64,000 nt of DNA from NCBI GenBank assembly GCA_019747905.1, contig JAIEQG010000040.1, forward strand, positions 2,403 through 66,402, given 5' to 3'. Shown piece by piece: positions 42,230 through 51,506 of the stretch. The stretch's first letter is position 1. Each line of letters opens with the position of its first letter. The translations under genes and the position numbers were made by a program. The notes beneath the pieces are model-generated. The model saw nothing but the letters and a program-made list of their open reading frames with translations. It was not told the origin of the DNA and did no database searches. Source of the stretch: Burkholderiales bacterium. GTDB taxonomy: Bacteria > Pseudomonadota > Gammaproteobacteria > Burkholderiales > Ga0077523.

Positions 42230-45091
42230 GTGAGCGACGAGGCCAGGATGGTGTTGCGCTTCGGGCGCGCGGAAGTGCGTCCGATGCGGCGAGAGCTGAC
42301 GGTCGAAGGCGCGCCGGTGCGCATCGGCGATCGTGCCTTCGACCTGCTGCTGGCGCTGATCGAGCGGCGCGGCGAACTCGTCACGAAGGACGAGTTGCTC
42401 GCGCGCGTCTGGCCCGGGCTGGTGGTCGAGGACATCAACCTGTCGGTGCAGGTCTCGGCCTTGCGCAAGGCACTGGGTTCCGAGCGCGACAGCCTCAAGA
42501 CCATTTCCGGACGCGGCTATCGTTTCGTGGCCGAGGTCGAAGTCGTGGCGCCCGAGGCGGGCGGCCTGATCACGGTACCGACGGGCCCGGCGGCCGGTAC
42601 CGGCGAGCGCACCAATCTGCCCGCGTTGAACTCGGATCTCATCGGCCGCGATGCCGCCGTGCGCGAGGTGCTCGCACTCGTCGCCGACCGACGCCTGGTC
42701 ACGTTGAGCGGCACCGGCGGCATCGGCAAGACGCGGCTCGGCCTGGAGGTGGCGCGACAACTCCTGCCGCGGTTTACCGATGGCGCGTGGCTCGCCGAAC
42801 TGGGTCCGCTATCCGATCCGGCATTGGTTCCGGTGACGGTCGCCACCGCCCTGGGCATTCAGGTCGCGGGCGGTTCCGTGTCGGCGGAGCGGGTGGCCGC
42901 TGCGCTCGGGCCGCGACAGGTGTTGCTGGTGCTGGACAACTGCGAGCACCTGATCGAAGCGGCGGCCACCATGGTGGAGGCGCTGCTGCGCGCCAGTCCG
43001 GTCGTGTGCGTCATCGCCACCAGCCGCGAGCCGCTGCGTGCCGAAGGCGAATGCGTGTACCAGGTGCCGCCGCTCGCCGTGCCGGCCGGCGACGCGGGCC
43101 GGGACGACGACGCGATGAGCCACGGCGCGGTGCAGCTGTTCGTCGCCCGGGCACGCGCGGCGCAGTTGCATTTCACCCCAGATCGGTTCGATCCATCGGT
43201 CGCGGCCGCGATCTGTCGGCGCCTGGACGGCATTCCGCTCGCGATCGAACTGGCTGCGGCGCGCGCGGCGGCGCTGGGCGTCGAAGGGCTGGCGGCGCGG
43301 CTCGATGACCGTTTCCGTCTGCTGACGGATGGCCGCCGAACGGCACTGCCACGCCAGCAGACGTTGCGCGCCACGCTCGACTGGAGCCACGACCTGCTGC
43401 CCGTGACCGAGCGGGTACTGCTGCGCCGGCTCGCCATCTTCGCCGGGACCTTCGCGCTCGATGCCGCCACCGAAGTGGTGGGCAGCGGCGAACTGTCCCC
43501 CGGGGACGTCGTCGACAGCATCGTGAACCTCGTGTCGAAGTCGCTGGTGGCGGCGGACGTCGGCGGGACGGTCGCTCAGTACCGCCTGCTCGAGACGACC
43601 CGGGCCTATGCCTTGGAGAAGCTCCAGGCCGCCGGCGAGTACGATGCATTCGCGCGACGCCATGCGGAGCACTACCGCGATCTTTTCGAGCGCGCGTCCG
43701 CCGACCGCGAGCACGTGCCCACGGCGCAATGGCTCGGGGCCTACGGCCGGCATCTCGATAACGTCCGTGCGGCCCTCGACTGGGTCTTTACGCCGCAGGG
43801 CGATGCACGCGTCGGCATTGCGCTGACGGCGGCGGCGGTACCGCTGTGGATGCACCTGTCGATGATGGAGGAATGCCGTGCGCGCGTCGAACGCGCCCTA
43901 GCTGCTGCAACGGGCCCGGCGGAAGTGGATGCGCGGCGCTCGATGCAGTTGCACGCCGCCCTCGGGTTGGCCCTCATGTACACGCGGGGCGCGGTGCCCG
44001 AGACGCGTGCCGCGCTCTCCAGTGCACTCGCAACCGCCGAAGCGCTGGGCGACGCCGACTACCAGTTACGCGCGCTTTGGGGGTTGTGCGTGGACCGGTT
44101 GAACAACGCGGTCTTCCGCGAAGCGCTTGCCTTCGCCGAGCGGTTTCGCGACGTGGCCGACCGCGACGGCAACGCGACCGACCGGCCGATCGGCGACCGC
44201 ATGCTGGGGTTGTCGCTGCACTTCCTGGGCGAGGAGGAGAGGGCCCAGCGGCATTTCGAGCGCATGCTCGAGACTTATCTGGAACCGGCGCGCCGCTCGC
44301 ATCTGATCCGCTTCCAGTTCGACCAGCGCGTGACGGCGCAGGTGGCCCTTGCCGAGGTGTTGTGGATCCGCGGCTATCCGGACCGTGCCCTGCGCACCAT
44401 CGTGGCCAACATCGAGGAGGCACAAGGTCTCGGCCACGCGCTTTCGCTGTGCAATGCACTCGCGAAGGCCTGTCCGGTGGCGCTGCTCGCTGGCGACATC
44501 CCGACGGCGAGCCGGATGGTCTCGATGCTGCTGGAGCATTCCGCGCGCAACGCCCTCGCTTCGTGGCAGGCCGAAGGCCAGTGCTTCCAGGGCGTGCTCT
44601 TGATACGGACCGGCAATCGCGCCGACGGCGTGCAGATGCTGGAAGAGGCACTCTCGAGTCTGCCGGGCATCAACTTCTCGTTGCGGTACACCGGTCTCCT
44701 GGGCGAACTCGCCGAGGCGCTCGGCGTTCAAGGGGATGTCGCCCGCGGGCTTTCGACCATCGAAAGTGCACTCGCACGCGCAGCGGAACGGGAAGAGGGC
44801 TGGTGCATGCCGGAGTTGCTGCGCATCAAGGGCGAGCTGTTGGCCCGCCAAGGTGGCGACGTTTCGCCGGGTGCCGAGGAATGTCTGCAGGAGAGCCTGG
44901 TGCAGTCGCGCCGCCAACAGGCGCTGTCCTGGGAACTGCGGGCCGCGACCAGTCTCGCCCGGTTGCGGCAGGGTGGGCAGCAGGCCGACGAGGGGCGCGA
45001 ATTGCTGGCGGCCACGTACGGCAAGTTCACCGAAGGGCTGGGCACCGCCGACCTCGTGGCGGCGCAAGCGTTGCTCGAATCCCTCGGCTGA
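42230..45091 (+). CDS. wHTH-STAND-TPR regulator (paralogue 3)
   Basis: Same architecture (FGRAEVRPMRRELTVEGAPVRIGDRAFDLLLALIE; SGTGGIGKTR; LLVLDNCEH). The start was set by alignment with its paralogues: GTG 42230 (VSDEARMVLRFG), with ATG 42248 as alternative. The track start 42101 is probably too long. Confidence 0.8.
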   Translation: MSDEARMVLRFGRAEVRPMRRELTVEGAPVRIGDRAFDLLLALIERRGELVTKDELLARVWPGLVVEDINLSVQVSALRKALGSERDSLKTISGRGYRFVAEVEVVAPEAGGLITVPTGPAAGTGERTNLPALNSDLIGRDAAVREVLALVADRRLVTLSGTGGIGKTRLGLEVARQLLPRFTDGAWLAELGPLSDPALVPVTVATALGIQVAGGSVSAERVAAALGPRQVLLVLDNCEHLIEAAATMVEALLRASPVVCVIATSREPLRAEGECVYQVPPLAVPAGDAGRDDDAMSHGAVQLFVARARAAQLHFTPDRFDPSVAAAICRRLDGIPLAIELAAARAAALGVEGLAARLDDRFRLLTDGRRTALPRQQTLRATLDWSHDLLPVTERVLLRRLAIFAGTFALDAATEVVGSGELSPGDVVDSIVNLVSKSLVAADVGGTVAQYRLLETTRAYALEKLQAAGEYDAFARRHAEHYRDLFERASADREHVPTAQWLGAYGRHLDNVRAALDWVFTPQGDARVGIALTAAAVPLWMHLSMMEECRARVERALAAATGPAEVDARRSMQLHAALGLALMYTRGAVPETRAALSSALATAEALGDADYQLRALWGLCVDRLNNAVFREALAFAERFRDVADRDGNATDRPIGDRMLGLSLHFLGEEERAQRHFERMLETYLEPARRSHLIRFQFDQRVTAQVALAEVLWIRGYPDRALRTIVANIEEAQGLGHALSLCNALAKACPVALLAGDIPTASRMVSMLLEHSARNALASWQAEGQCFQGVLLIRTGNRADGVQMLEEALSSLPGINFSLRYTGLLGELAEALGVQGDVARGLSTIESALARAAEREEGWCMPELLRIKGELLARQGGDVSPGAEECLQESLVQSRRQQALSWELRAATSLARLRQGGQQADEGRELLAATYGKFTEGLGTADLVAAQALLESLG

Positions 45092-45113
45092 TTCGCCGGC
45101 TCTGGATCGAGGG

Positions 45114-46046
45114 TCAGCGGACGGGAGTCAACCAGGGGTCCTCGGGCTTGCCGCCGAAGGTCTCGAGCAGGAAGTCCACGAAAGCGCGCGTACGCGCGGG
45201 CACGTGCTTGCGCGTGGGCATTGCAGCGTAGAGCGTGAGTGTCACCCCGCGCCAGTCGGGCAGGACGCGTTCGAGTGCCCCGGCACGCAAGGCGTCCTCG
45301 ACCACGAACGAAGGTAGTGCCGCGACACCCAGCCCGGCGATCGCGGCGGCGAAGATGGTGTCGATGTGGCTCGTCGACAGCGCCGGTGTCGGTGAGGGGA
45401 GAGTGGTTGTGCGGGCCGTGCCGTCGGTCCGGAACAGCGTCAGTTCGTGGCGGACTGCCTTCACCGCAGGCAGCACACCATCGTGCTGCGCAAGCTCGGC
45501 CGGGTGTTTCGGGCGCCCGCGCCTCGCGAGATAGGCGGGGGCGGCACACGCGATGAAGTGCGAGCAGGCGAGAGGCCGGGCGACGAAATCGCCTTGCAGC
45601 GGCTGCTGGGCGATCGACAGGATGGAAACGTCGGCAGAATCGTCCACGGCATCCACCGGTCCGGGGGCCGTCAGCTCCAGACTCACCTGCGGATAGCGGC
45701 TGCGGAAGTCAGGCAGATGTTTGGCGAGCTGATGCACCGCGAACGCCGGCGGGACCACCACACGCAGCATTCCTGCGGGCACGGTGCTGGCGGTGCTCGC
45801 GGCTGCATCGGCCTCGTCCAGTTCCAGCAGGATGCGCCGGGCGTGCTCCAGATAGGTCTCGCCGGTCTCGGTGAGCGCCATCCGTCGCGTGGTCCGCTGG
45901 AGCAGGCGTGCACCCAGGTGCTCCTCGAGCTCGGCCACGGCACGGGTCACCACCGCCGGCGCCAGATCGAGCGCGCGCGCCGCACCGGCGAAGCTGCCTT
46001 CGTCGATCACCCTGACGAACACCCGGAGCGAGCGCAGTTGATCCAT
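45114..46046 (-). CDS. LysR-family transcriptional regulator
   Basis: N-terminal HTH LRVFVRVIDEGSFAGAARALDLAPAVVTRAVAELEEHLGARLLQRTTR plus a LysR substrate-binding body. 310 aa. Confidence 0.9.
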   Translation of the reverse strand: MDQLRSLRVFVRVIDEGSFAGAARALDLAPAVVTRAVAELEEHLGARLLQRTTRRMALTETGETYLEHARRILLELDEADAAASTASTVPAGMLRVVVPPAFAVHQLAKHLPDFRSRYPQVSLELTAPGPVDAVDDSADVSILSIAQQPLQGDFVARPLACSHFIACAAPAYLARRGRPKHPAELAQHDGVLPAVKAVRHELTLFRTDGTARTTTLPSPTPALSTSHIDTIFAAAIAGLGVAALPSFVVEDALRAGALERVLPDWRGVTLTLYAAMPTRKHVPARTRAFVDFLLETFGGKPEDPWLTPVR

Positions 46047-46238
46047 GACTCGATCATTTCACCGGCAGCAATGGTCCATTCGCGAGTATCGGCTTTTTCC
46101 CGAAGGGGCGGATTCCTAGAGTGGCGGCCATCGATGAATCGCTGCCCGCCGGGGACTCACGGCGGGGGATTCGGAGAAGGCGGACGCCGAACCGGTGTCC
46201 GGCAATCGTTCCACCTCAACCCCTTGAAGGAGTTCACC

Positions 46239-47039
46239 ATGCTGCGCAATCTGACTCTCACCGCCGTTGCCGCCGGGCTGCTGTCCGCTCTCGCTGCCTG
46301 CACGACTTCCTCCAACCCGTCGCTGGATCGTGCAGGCGCCGGTCGCCTGGAAGCCCTGACCCGTGCGCCTGAAACTGAAGGTGCGTTGATCTATCGGGGC
46401 GATGTGCATCCGCTGTCCCCCAAGGACGCGGCTCCGCTGTTCCATTACGAGCGCCGCGTCGCTACGATCGATGGCGGCATGAAAGCGTCGCACATCACGC
46501 ATGGTGAGGGTGACGAGGCCGTCGTCATCGAATCAGCGCGCTTCACACCCGACTACGACGTGCGGCGCTTCGAAGCGATCCACAAGATCGCGGGCTACAG
46601 CGGCACTGTTGAAGTGAGTCCGAATGGCCATCTCGAATACACCCTCGACGAAGGTGGCAAGGTCAGCACCGCCAGCGAAGACGTCACCGATCCGGTGGTC
46701 ACCGGCCCGTCGCTGCACGGCTGGATGCTGCGGCACTGGGACGAACTGATGACCGGCAACCCCGTGAAGGTCCGCATGATCGTGCTGGCGCGGAAGGAGA
46801 CCTTCGGTTTCGAGTTGCAGCGCGTGCCCGCCAAGGATGGTCTCGTGGCCTTCTCCATGAAGCCGACCAATGTGCTGGTGCGTCTTGCGATAGCGCCGCT
46901 GCGATTCGAGTTCGATGCCGCCACGCGCAACGTCGTGCGCTACACCGGCCGTGTGCCCCCGATGATCATCGTCGATGGCAAGCGCAAGACGTTGGATGCG
47001 AGGGTCGAGTACGCGCTGAAAGTACCCGTGTATCGCTGA
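46239..47039 (+). CDS. Hypothetical lipoprotein (266 aa)
   Basis: A GAAGGAG RBS precedes ATG 46239. MLRNLTLTAVAAGLLSALAAC has a lipobox. It is divergent from the LysR gene. I recognised no family. Confidence 0.7.
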   Translation: MLRNLTLTAVAAGLLSALAACTTSSNPSLDRAGAGRLEALTRAPETEGALIYRGDVHPLSPKDAAPLFHYERRVATIDGGMKASHITHGEGDEAVVIESARFTPDYDVRRFEAIHKIAGYSGTVEVSPNGHLEYTLDEGGKVSTASEDVTDPVVTGPSLHGWMLRHWDELMTGNPVKVRMIVLARKETFGFELQRVPAKDGLVAFSMKPTNVLVRLAIAPLRFEFDAATRNVVRYTGRVPPMIIVDGKRKTLDARVEYALKVPVYR

Positions 47040-47052
47040 GCTGGCGCACGAA

Positions 47053-47086
47053 ACGCCGGGATTCAGTCGAAACTGAAACCCGGCGT
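47053..47086. terminator. Long hairpin between convergent genes (possible bidirectional terminator)
   Basis: ACGCCGGGATTCAGT-cgaa-ACTGAAACCCGGCGT, a 15-bp stem with one mismatch. It spans the gap after the lipoprotein stop (47039) and the last codons of the cupin gene. Confidence 0.45.
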
Positions 47087-47986
47087 GCGCGTATAGAAGT
47101 GCAGCCCTTCGTCCTGGATCACGAACGACCGCATGCGTTTGTCGCCGCGAGCGTAGTGCGAGTGCATCAACGTGGCGGGCGTGATCTGTGCCGCACCGGT
47201 GGACCAGTCCACACGCTGCCCGTCGATGATCGAATGCACGCCTTCTCCCTGGATGGCCAGCGTCACCGCCACGCCGTTGTGCCGATGCGGGCGCTGGTCG
47301 GCGCCGCTCGCCAGCGTGTTGATGGAGCAGTTCACCGAAGGAATCGTGTTGATGCTCGGTGCCAGTGCGTGACTGGTGAACTGGACCGAGTAGCCGGTGG
47401 TGTCGGCGGTCATCGGCCGGCGCCAGACCGATTCGAAGTGGCCGTCGATCACTGACGCAGGCCAGTGGGTGGTCTCGACGCGAGCGCTGCCGGGTGCGGG
47501 GGCGCGCAGCCGTTCGAAGGCCAGCAGCGGTTCGTTGGTCACGCAAAACAGCAGACCGTCCTGCCCGATTGCGTGATGCGCGGACTCGCCGCCTCCCGGA
47601 AAGCAGAACACGTCGCCGGCCACCCAGGAGATGACATCGTCGGCATTGCGGCTCTCGCCGCTGCCCGACATCACGTAGAAGATTTCACCGGAGGCGACGT
47701 AGTGGGTCCGTAGCGTCTCACCCGCGCGGATCTTGAGATACCGGCACAGGATCGTGGGCGTGGTGGCCGGGTAGTCGGTACCGAGCACGTCGGCCGAATC
47801 CAGCGCGATGGAGCGGGTCGGTGTCTGGCGATCGAAGGCGATGTCACGCTCGCGCAGGAACTGCCGGATGGGCACGGGCGGAAACTGGAAGGCGAAGCCG
47901 TTTTCCGCGATGTGGTAGCGCGCCCGGCGGGCGTAGCGCGACTCGGCTTCAGGTTGCAGGCGGGCGGCAACGGCGGCGTCGTTCAT
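47063..47986 (-). CDS. Bicupin protein, gentisate-1,2-dioxygenase-like
   Basis: Two cupin-like halves, the second with RPHRHNGVAVTLAIQGEG (an HRH metal motif as in gentisate / 1-hydroxy-2-naphthoate dioxygenases). I used ATG 47986 (MNDAAVAARL). Confidence 0.7.
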   Translation of the reverse strand: MNDAAVAARLQPEAESRYARRARYHIAENGFAFQFPPVPIRQFLRERDIAFDRQTPTRSIALDSADVLGTDYPATTPTILCRYLKIRAGETLRTHYVASGEIFYVMSGSGESRNADDVISWVAGDVFCFPGGGESAHHAIGQDGLLFCVTNEPLLAFERLRAPAPGSARVETTHWPASVIDGHFESVWRRPMTADTTGYSVQFTSHALAPSINTIPSVNCSINTLASGADQRPHRHNGVAVTLAIQGEGVHSIIDGQRVDWSTGAAQITPATLMHSHYARGDKRMRSFVIQDEGLHFYTRTPGFSFD

Positions 47987-48045
47987 CTTCCATCCTTCTC
48001 GTGGGGCACGATGCCGAACTATAGAGCAATCGCGAAAGAGCCAGC

Positions 48046-48816
48046 CTATGCCGCCGAGAATCCGCCGTCGGCCGAGTAGACGCCGCCCGTGCACAGGCTC
48101 GCTTCGTCGGAGGCGAGGAACAGCATGACGTTGGCGATTTCCTCGGGGGTGCCGTAGCGTCTCATGGGTGCGGCATTGACCAATGCCGCGCGCGCCTTTG
48201 ACGGATCATCGGGTGAACGGCTCTGCTCGAGGCTGCGCATCATGCGGGTCTCGACGGGGCCGGGGAGCACGGCGTTGACACGGATGTTGTGCGGTGCGCA
48301 CTCCAGCGTGGCGGTGCGCATCAGGCCGATCTCGGCGTGCTTGCTGGTGATGTAGGCGGAGTTGCGTTGTCCGCGTCCGCGGATACCGCCTATGGACGAG
48401 GTGATCACGATGCTGCCACCGCCGCGCTGGCGCAGCGCGGGGATGGCGTACTTGAGGCCGAGAAACACGCCACGCACGTTGATTGCCATCACCTGATCGA
48501 AAGCTTCGATCGGATACTCCTCGATGGTGGCGGTCGCGCCTTCGATGCCGGCGTTCGCGATGAAGATGTCGAGACCGCCGAAGCGGTCGATGGCGGCCTT
48601 CACCATGCGGGCATTGTCTTCGGGGCGTGCGACGTCGGCTGCCACGGCGATGGCATGCTCGTCGCCGATACTGGTCGCTGCGGCTGCCAGTGCCTGTTCG
48701 TTGCGGCCGACGAGGACCACGTTCGCGCCTTCGCGGGCGAAGAGTTGCGCGGTGGCGAGGCCGATGCCGCTGCCGGCGCCGGTGATCAGTGCGATCTTGT
48801 TGGCTAGTCTTGCCAT
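48046..48816 (-). CDS. SDR-family oxidoreductase
   Basis: ITGAGSGIG, NAG and YITSKHAEIG (YxxxK) motifs. 256 aa from ATG 48816. The track's 397-aa version reads through the REP repeats and was trimmed. Confidence 0.9.
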   Translation of the reverse strand: MARLANKIALITGAGSGIGLATAQLFAREGANVVLVGRNEQALAAAATSIGDEHAIAVAADVARPEDNARMVKAAIDRFGGLDIFIANAGIEGATATIEEYPIEAFDQVMAINVRGVFLGLKYAIPALRQRGGGSIVITSSIGGIRGRGQRNSAYITSKHAEIGLMRTATLECAPHNIRVNAVLPGPVETRMMRSLEQSRSPDDPSKARAALVNAAPMRRYGTPEEIANVMLFLASDEASLCTGGVYSADGGFSAA

Positions 48817-48920
48817 GATGGTTTCTGGGGTGGTGTTGGAGTGCGACAACCGATCAAGTTGGGGACGGGAGTACAGGAGGGTTCCACGTTGGGGATGGAT
48901 CGTCGATGGCGGCGAGGTTT

Positions 48921-49121
48921 GCCCCCACCCTGACCCTCCCCCGGCGTTGCCGGGGGAGGGGAGGTACGGCATGCGACCCGGCGTTGCCGGGGGAGGGGAG
49001 GTACGGCATGCGACCCGGCGTTGCCGGGGGAGGGGAGGTACGGCATGCCACCTGGCGTTACCGGGGGAGAGGAAGTACGCCCCTTCCCCCAACAGTGTTG
49101 GGGGAAGGTTGGGATGGGGGC
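48921..49121. repeat. REP-like repeat, copy D, with a four-fold 37-bp internal tandem amplification
   Basis: GCCCCCACCCTGACC, then four tandem 37-bp units CCCGGCGTTGCCGGGGGAGGGGAGGTACGGCATGCGA starting at 48940, 48977, 49014 and 49051 (the fourth degenerate). CCCCTTCCCCCAACagtGTTGGGGGAAGG and TTGGGATGGGGGC follow. Confidence 0.9.
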
Positions 49122-49253
49122 CGGCAGATGTCGAGCTAGGGCCACCGCCGCCCGCCGGGGAAGCAGATACACAGCGCGTCGCCGCGAACGCATTACAGTG
49201 GGGGCAAGGCAGCCGTAGCATGCTGCTCCCGAGTTTCACACGAGGATCCTGCC

Positions 49254-50084
49254 ATGGCCAAACTCTTTTCCGTCGCTTCCTGGAACGTGGAGCATTTCAA
49301 GGACGATCCCACCCGGGTGAAGCGGGTGGTGGAGTTCCTCGATGCCCAGAAGCCCGACGTGTTCGGACTCTTCGAAGTGGAAGGTTCCACCATCTTCGAC
49401 CAGCTCGTCGGGCAGATGCCGAGCTACACCTTCCAGATCACCGAGGGGCCGCAGACCCAGGAGATCCTGGTCGGTGTGCGCAAGACGCTGACCGCCTTCA
49501 TCACCCAGAAGGTCGAGTTCCGCTCGGGCACCACCCACATGCGTCCGGGCCAGCTCGTGACCATCGTGAAGAACAAGCAGAACTACGGGCTGCTGTTCCT
49601 GCACCTCGCGAGCGGCACGGACCCGCGCGGCATGGGCCTGCGCGACGACATGCTCCAGCGCGCCCTCGATTTTCGCGAAACGCTCGACAAGGCGGAGGGC
49701 GGGGAAGGCAAGGCCCGCTACCTGTTCGTCGGCGACCTCAATACCATGGGGATGAAGTATCCCTTCGACCGTTCGATCGAACCGTCGCTCGAACTCGGCA
49801 AATGGGACCGCTATGCAGCGCGCGCGAAGGTTTCGATGCGGCGCCTCGCGAAGACCCACGAACTCACCTGGTTCAACGGCAGCAAGTCATCGCTCAAGCC
49901 TTCGAACCTGGATCACGTCTTCGCCTCGAGCAACCTCAAGTTCAAGACCTTCAAGCGTCCCGACGGAACGGACTCGAGCGTGGCGGTACGGGGCTGGGTG
50001 CAGGAAACCACCGACGCCGGCAAGGATGCATGGATTGGCCGGTTCTCGGATCACTCGTTGATGTACTTCGAGATCCACTCATAG
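49254..50084 (+). CDS. Endonuclease/exonuclease/phosphatase (EEP) family protein
   Basis: N-terminal SWNVEHF, FEVEG, a mid GDLN and a C-terminal SDHS, characteristic of EEP catalytic motifs. 276 aa. Confidence 0.85.
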   Translation: MAKLFSVASWNVEHFKDDPTRVKRVVEFLDAQKPDVFGLFEVEGSTIFDQLVGQMPSYTFQITEGPQTQEILVGVRKTLTAFITQKVEFRSGTTHMRPGQLVTIVKNKQNYGLLFLHLASGTDPRGMGLRDDMLQRALDFRETLDKAEGGEGKARYLFVGDLNTMGMKYPFDRSIEPSLELGKWDRYAARAKVSMRRLAKTHELTWFNGSKSSLKPSNLDHVFASSNLKFKTFKRPDGTDSSVAVRGWVQETTDAGKDAWIGRFSDHSLMYFEIHS

Positions 50085-51506
50085 CGCAGGCTTGCGGCCG
50101 AACCAGGGGCGCGCCGCTTCGATCTGCGCGCCCAGGCGGAACAAGGTGGCTTCGTCGCCGTAGCGTGCGACGCACTGGACGGCGAGCGGCAGCCCCGTCT
50201 TGCTCTGCGCGATCGGCAGCATCAGCGCCGGCTGGCCGGTCAGGTTGAACCACACCGTGAACGGCGAGAAGTGGAAGACGCGGCGCCAGTACTCGTCGAA
50301 ATCGTCCAGCATCATGTCGAGCCAGCCGAGCTTCACCGCCGGCGCTGCGAGCCCCGGCGTCAAGAGCACGTCCCAATCGGTGTGGAACGACGCCATCTGG
50401 CGGCCGAGCCGATGGGCTGTCTGGGTGGCACGGACGTAATCGGGGGCGGCGATCTTCTCGCCGCGCTGCGCGGTGAGCCACGTGATGCGTTCCACTTCGC
50501 CCTCGCGCGCGGATCGTCCGGCTGTCGGATGGCTCGCGAGGTTCACCACGGTGTTCGCCGCCGCCAGAGTCAGGAAGGTCGGTACCACGGCGGCACCGTC
50601 GATCTCGGGATTGCGTTCCTCCACCTGGTGCCCCAGGTCGATGCAAAGTTGCACGGTCTCGGCGAGTGCGGTCAGGCACTCGGGTTCCACGCGTGCACCG
50701 TTCGGTGTCTTCGTGGTCCAGGCGATGCGCAAGCGGCCCGGCGCTCGGCCCACTTCCTCGAGATACGACCGCAGCGGAGGCGGAGCGACGTAGGGATCGC
50801 CGGGGCCCGCGCCGCGGGTTGCATCGAGCAGCGCTGCGCTGTCGCGTATCGACAACGTGACGGCGTGCTCGGTGGATACGCCGCCGAGGCCTTCGCCCGC
50901 GAAGGGCGCGAACGTATTGCGATTGCGCGTGGGCTTGAGGCCCACCAACCCGCAGCATGCCGCGGGTGCCCGGATCGAACCGAAGCCGTCCGAGGCGTGC
51001 GCAATCGGCAACATGCGCGCGCCCACGGCGGCCGCGGCGCCGCCGCTCGAACCGCCCGAGATGCGGGTCACGTCCCAGGGATTGCGCGTGGGGCCGTGCA
51101 ATTGCGGTTCGCACGTGAGCGAGAGGCCCAGCTCGCAGGTGTTGGTACGGCCGAAGATCACGAGCCCCGCGCGCTTCAGGCGCCGCACGTGCTCGCTGTC
51201 GATTTCCGCGGGCGGAGTGTCGGCGAAGAAGCGCGAGCCGCGCGTCATCCGCACCCCTGCGACGGGCGAAGTGAGATCCTTCATCAGGAACGGCACGCCG
51301 CGGAACGACCCGTCGGGCAGGCCGGCGGCGATCGACTGCCGGCCGAGGTCGTAGAGTTTCATGGTGACGGCATTGATCGCGGGGTTGCGTGCCTCGACCC
51401 GCTCGATCGCGGCTTCGAGCAACTCCGTGGGCTTGATTTCCTGCCGCCGCACCAGATCGGCGAGACCGAGCGCGTCGTAGTCTTCGTATTCGGGGAACGC
51501 ATTCAT
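50079..51506 (-). CDS. Amidase (amidase-signature family)
   Basis: GGSSGGAAAAV amidase signature plus conserved K/S/S contexts. ATG 51506 overlaps the stop of the upstream MFS gene (ATGA). Its 3' end overlaps the EEP gene by 6 nt. Confidence 0.9.
   Translation of the reverse strand: MNAFPEYEDYDALGLADLVRRQEIKPTELLEAAIERVEARNPAINAVTMKLYDLGRQSIAAGLPDGSFRGVPFLMKDLTSPVAGVRMTRGSRFFADTPPAEIDSEHVRRLKRAGLVIFGRTNTCELGLSLTCEPQLHGPTRNPWDVTRISGGSSGGAAAAVGARMLPIAHASDGFGSIRAPAACCGLVGLKPTRNRNTFAPFAGEGLGGVSTEHAVTLSIRDSAALLDATRGAGPGDPYVAPPPLRSYLEEVGRAPGRLRIAWTTKTPNGARVEPECLTALAETVQLCIDLGHQVEERNPEIDGAAVVPTFLTLAAANTVVNLASHPTAGRSAREGEVERITWLTAQRGEKIAAPDYVRATQTAHRLGRQMASFHTDWDVLLTPGLAAPAVKLGWLDMMLDDFDEYWRRVFHFSPFTVWFNLTGQPALMLPIAQSKTGLPLAVQCVARYGDEATLFRLGAQIEAARPWFGRKPAL

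Noticed and set aside
36070-45067. Several 330-550-aa ORFs antisense to, or frame-shifted from, the three STAND regulators (for example 36070..37719, 39405..40412, 40424..42019, 42809..43855, 44066..45067).
   Set aside because: None has a recognisable motif, and all are Arg/Ala/Gly/His-rich. Each is nested within a regulator gene that has clear wHTH, Walker A/B and conserved C-terminal motifs.
48940-49087. Could the 37-bp tandem units be a CRISPR array?
   Set aside because: The units are directly adjacent with no unique spacers. They are a duplicated module of the REP-like element, and no cas genes are nearby.
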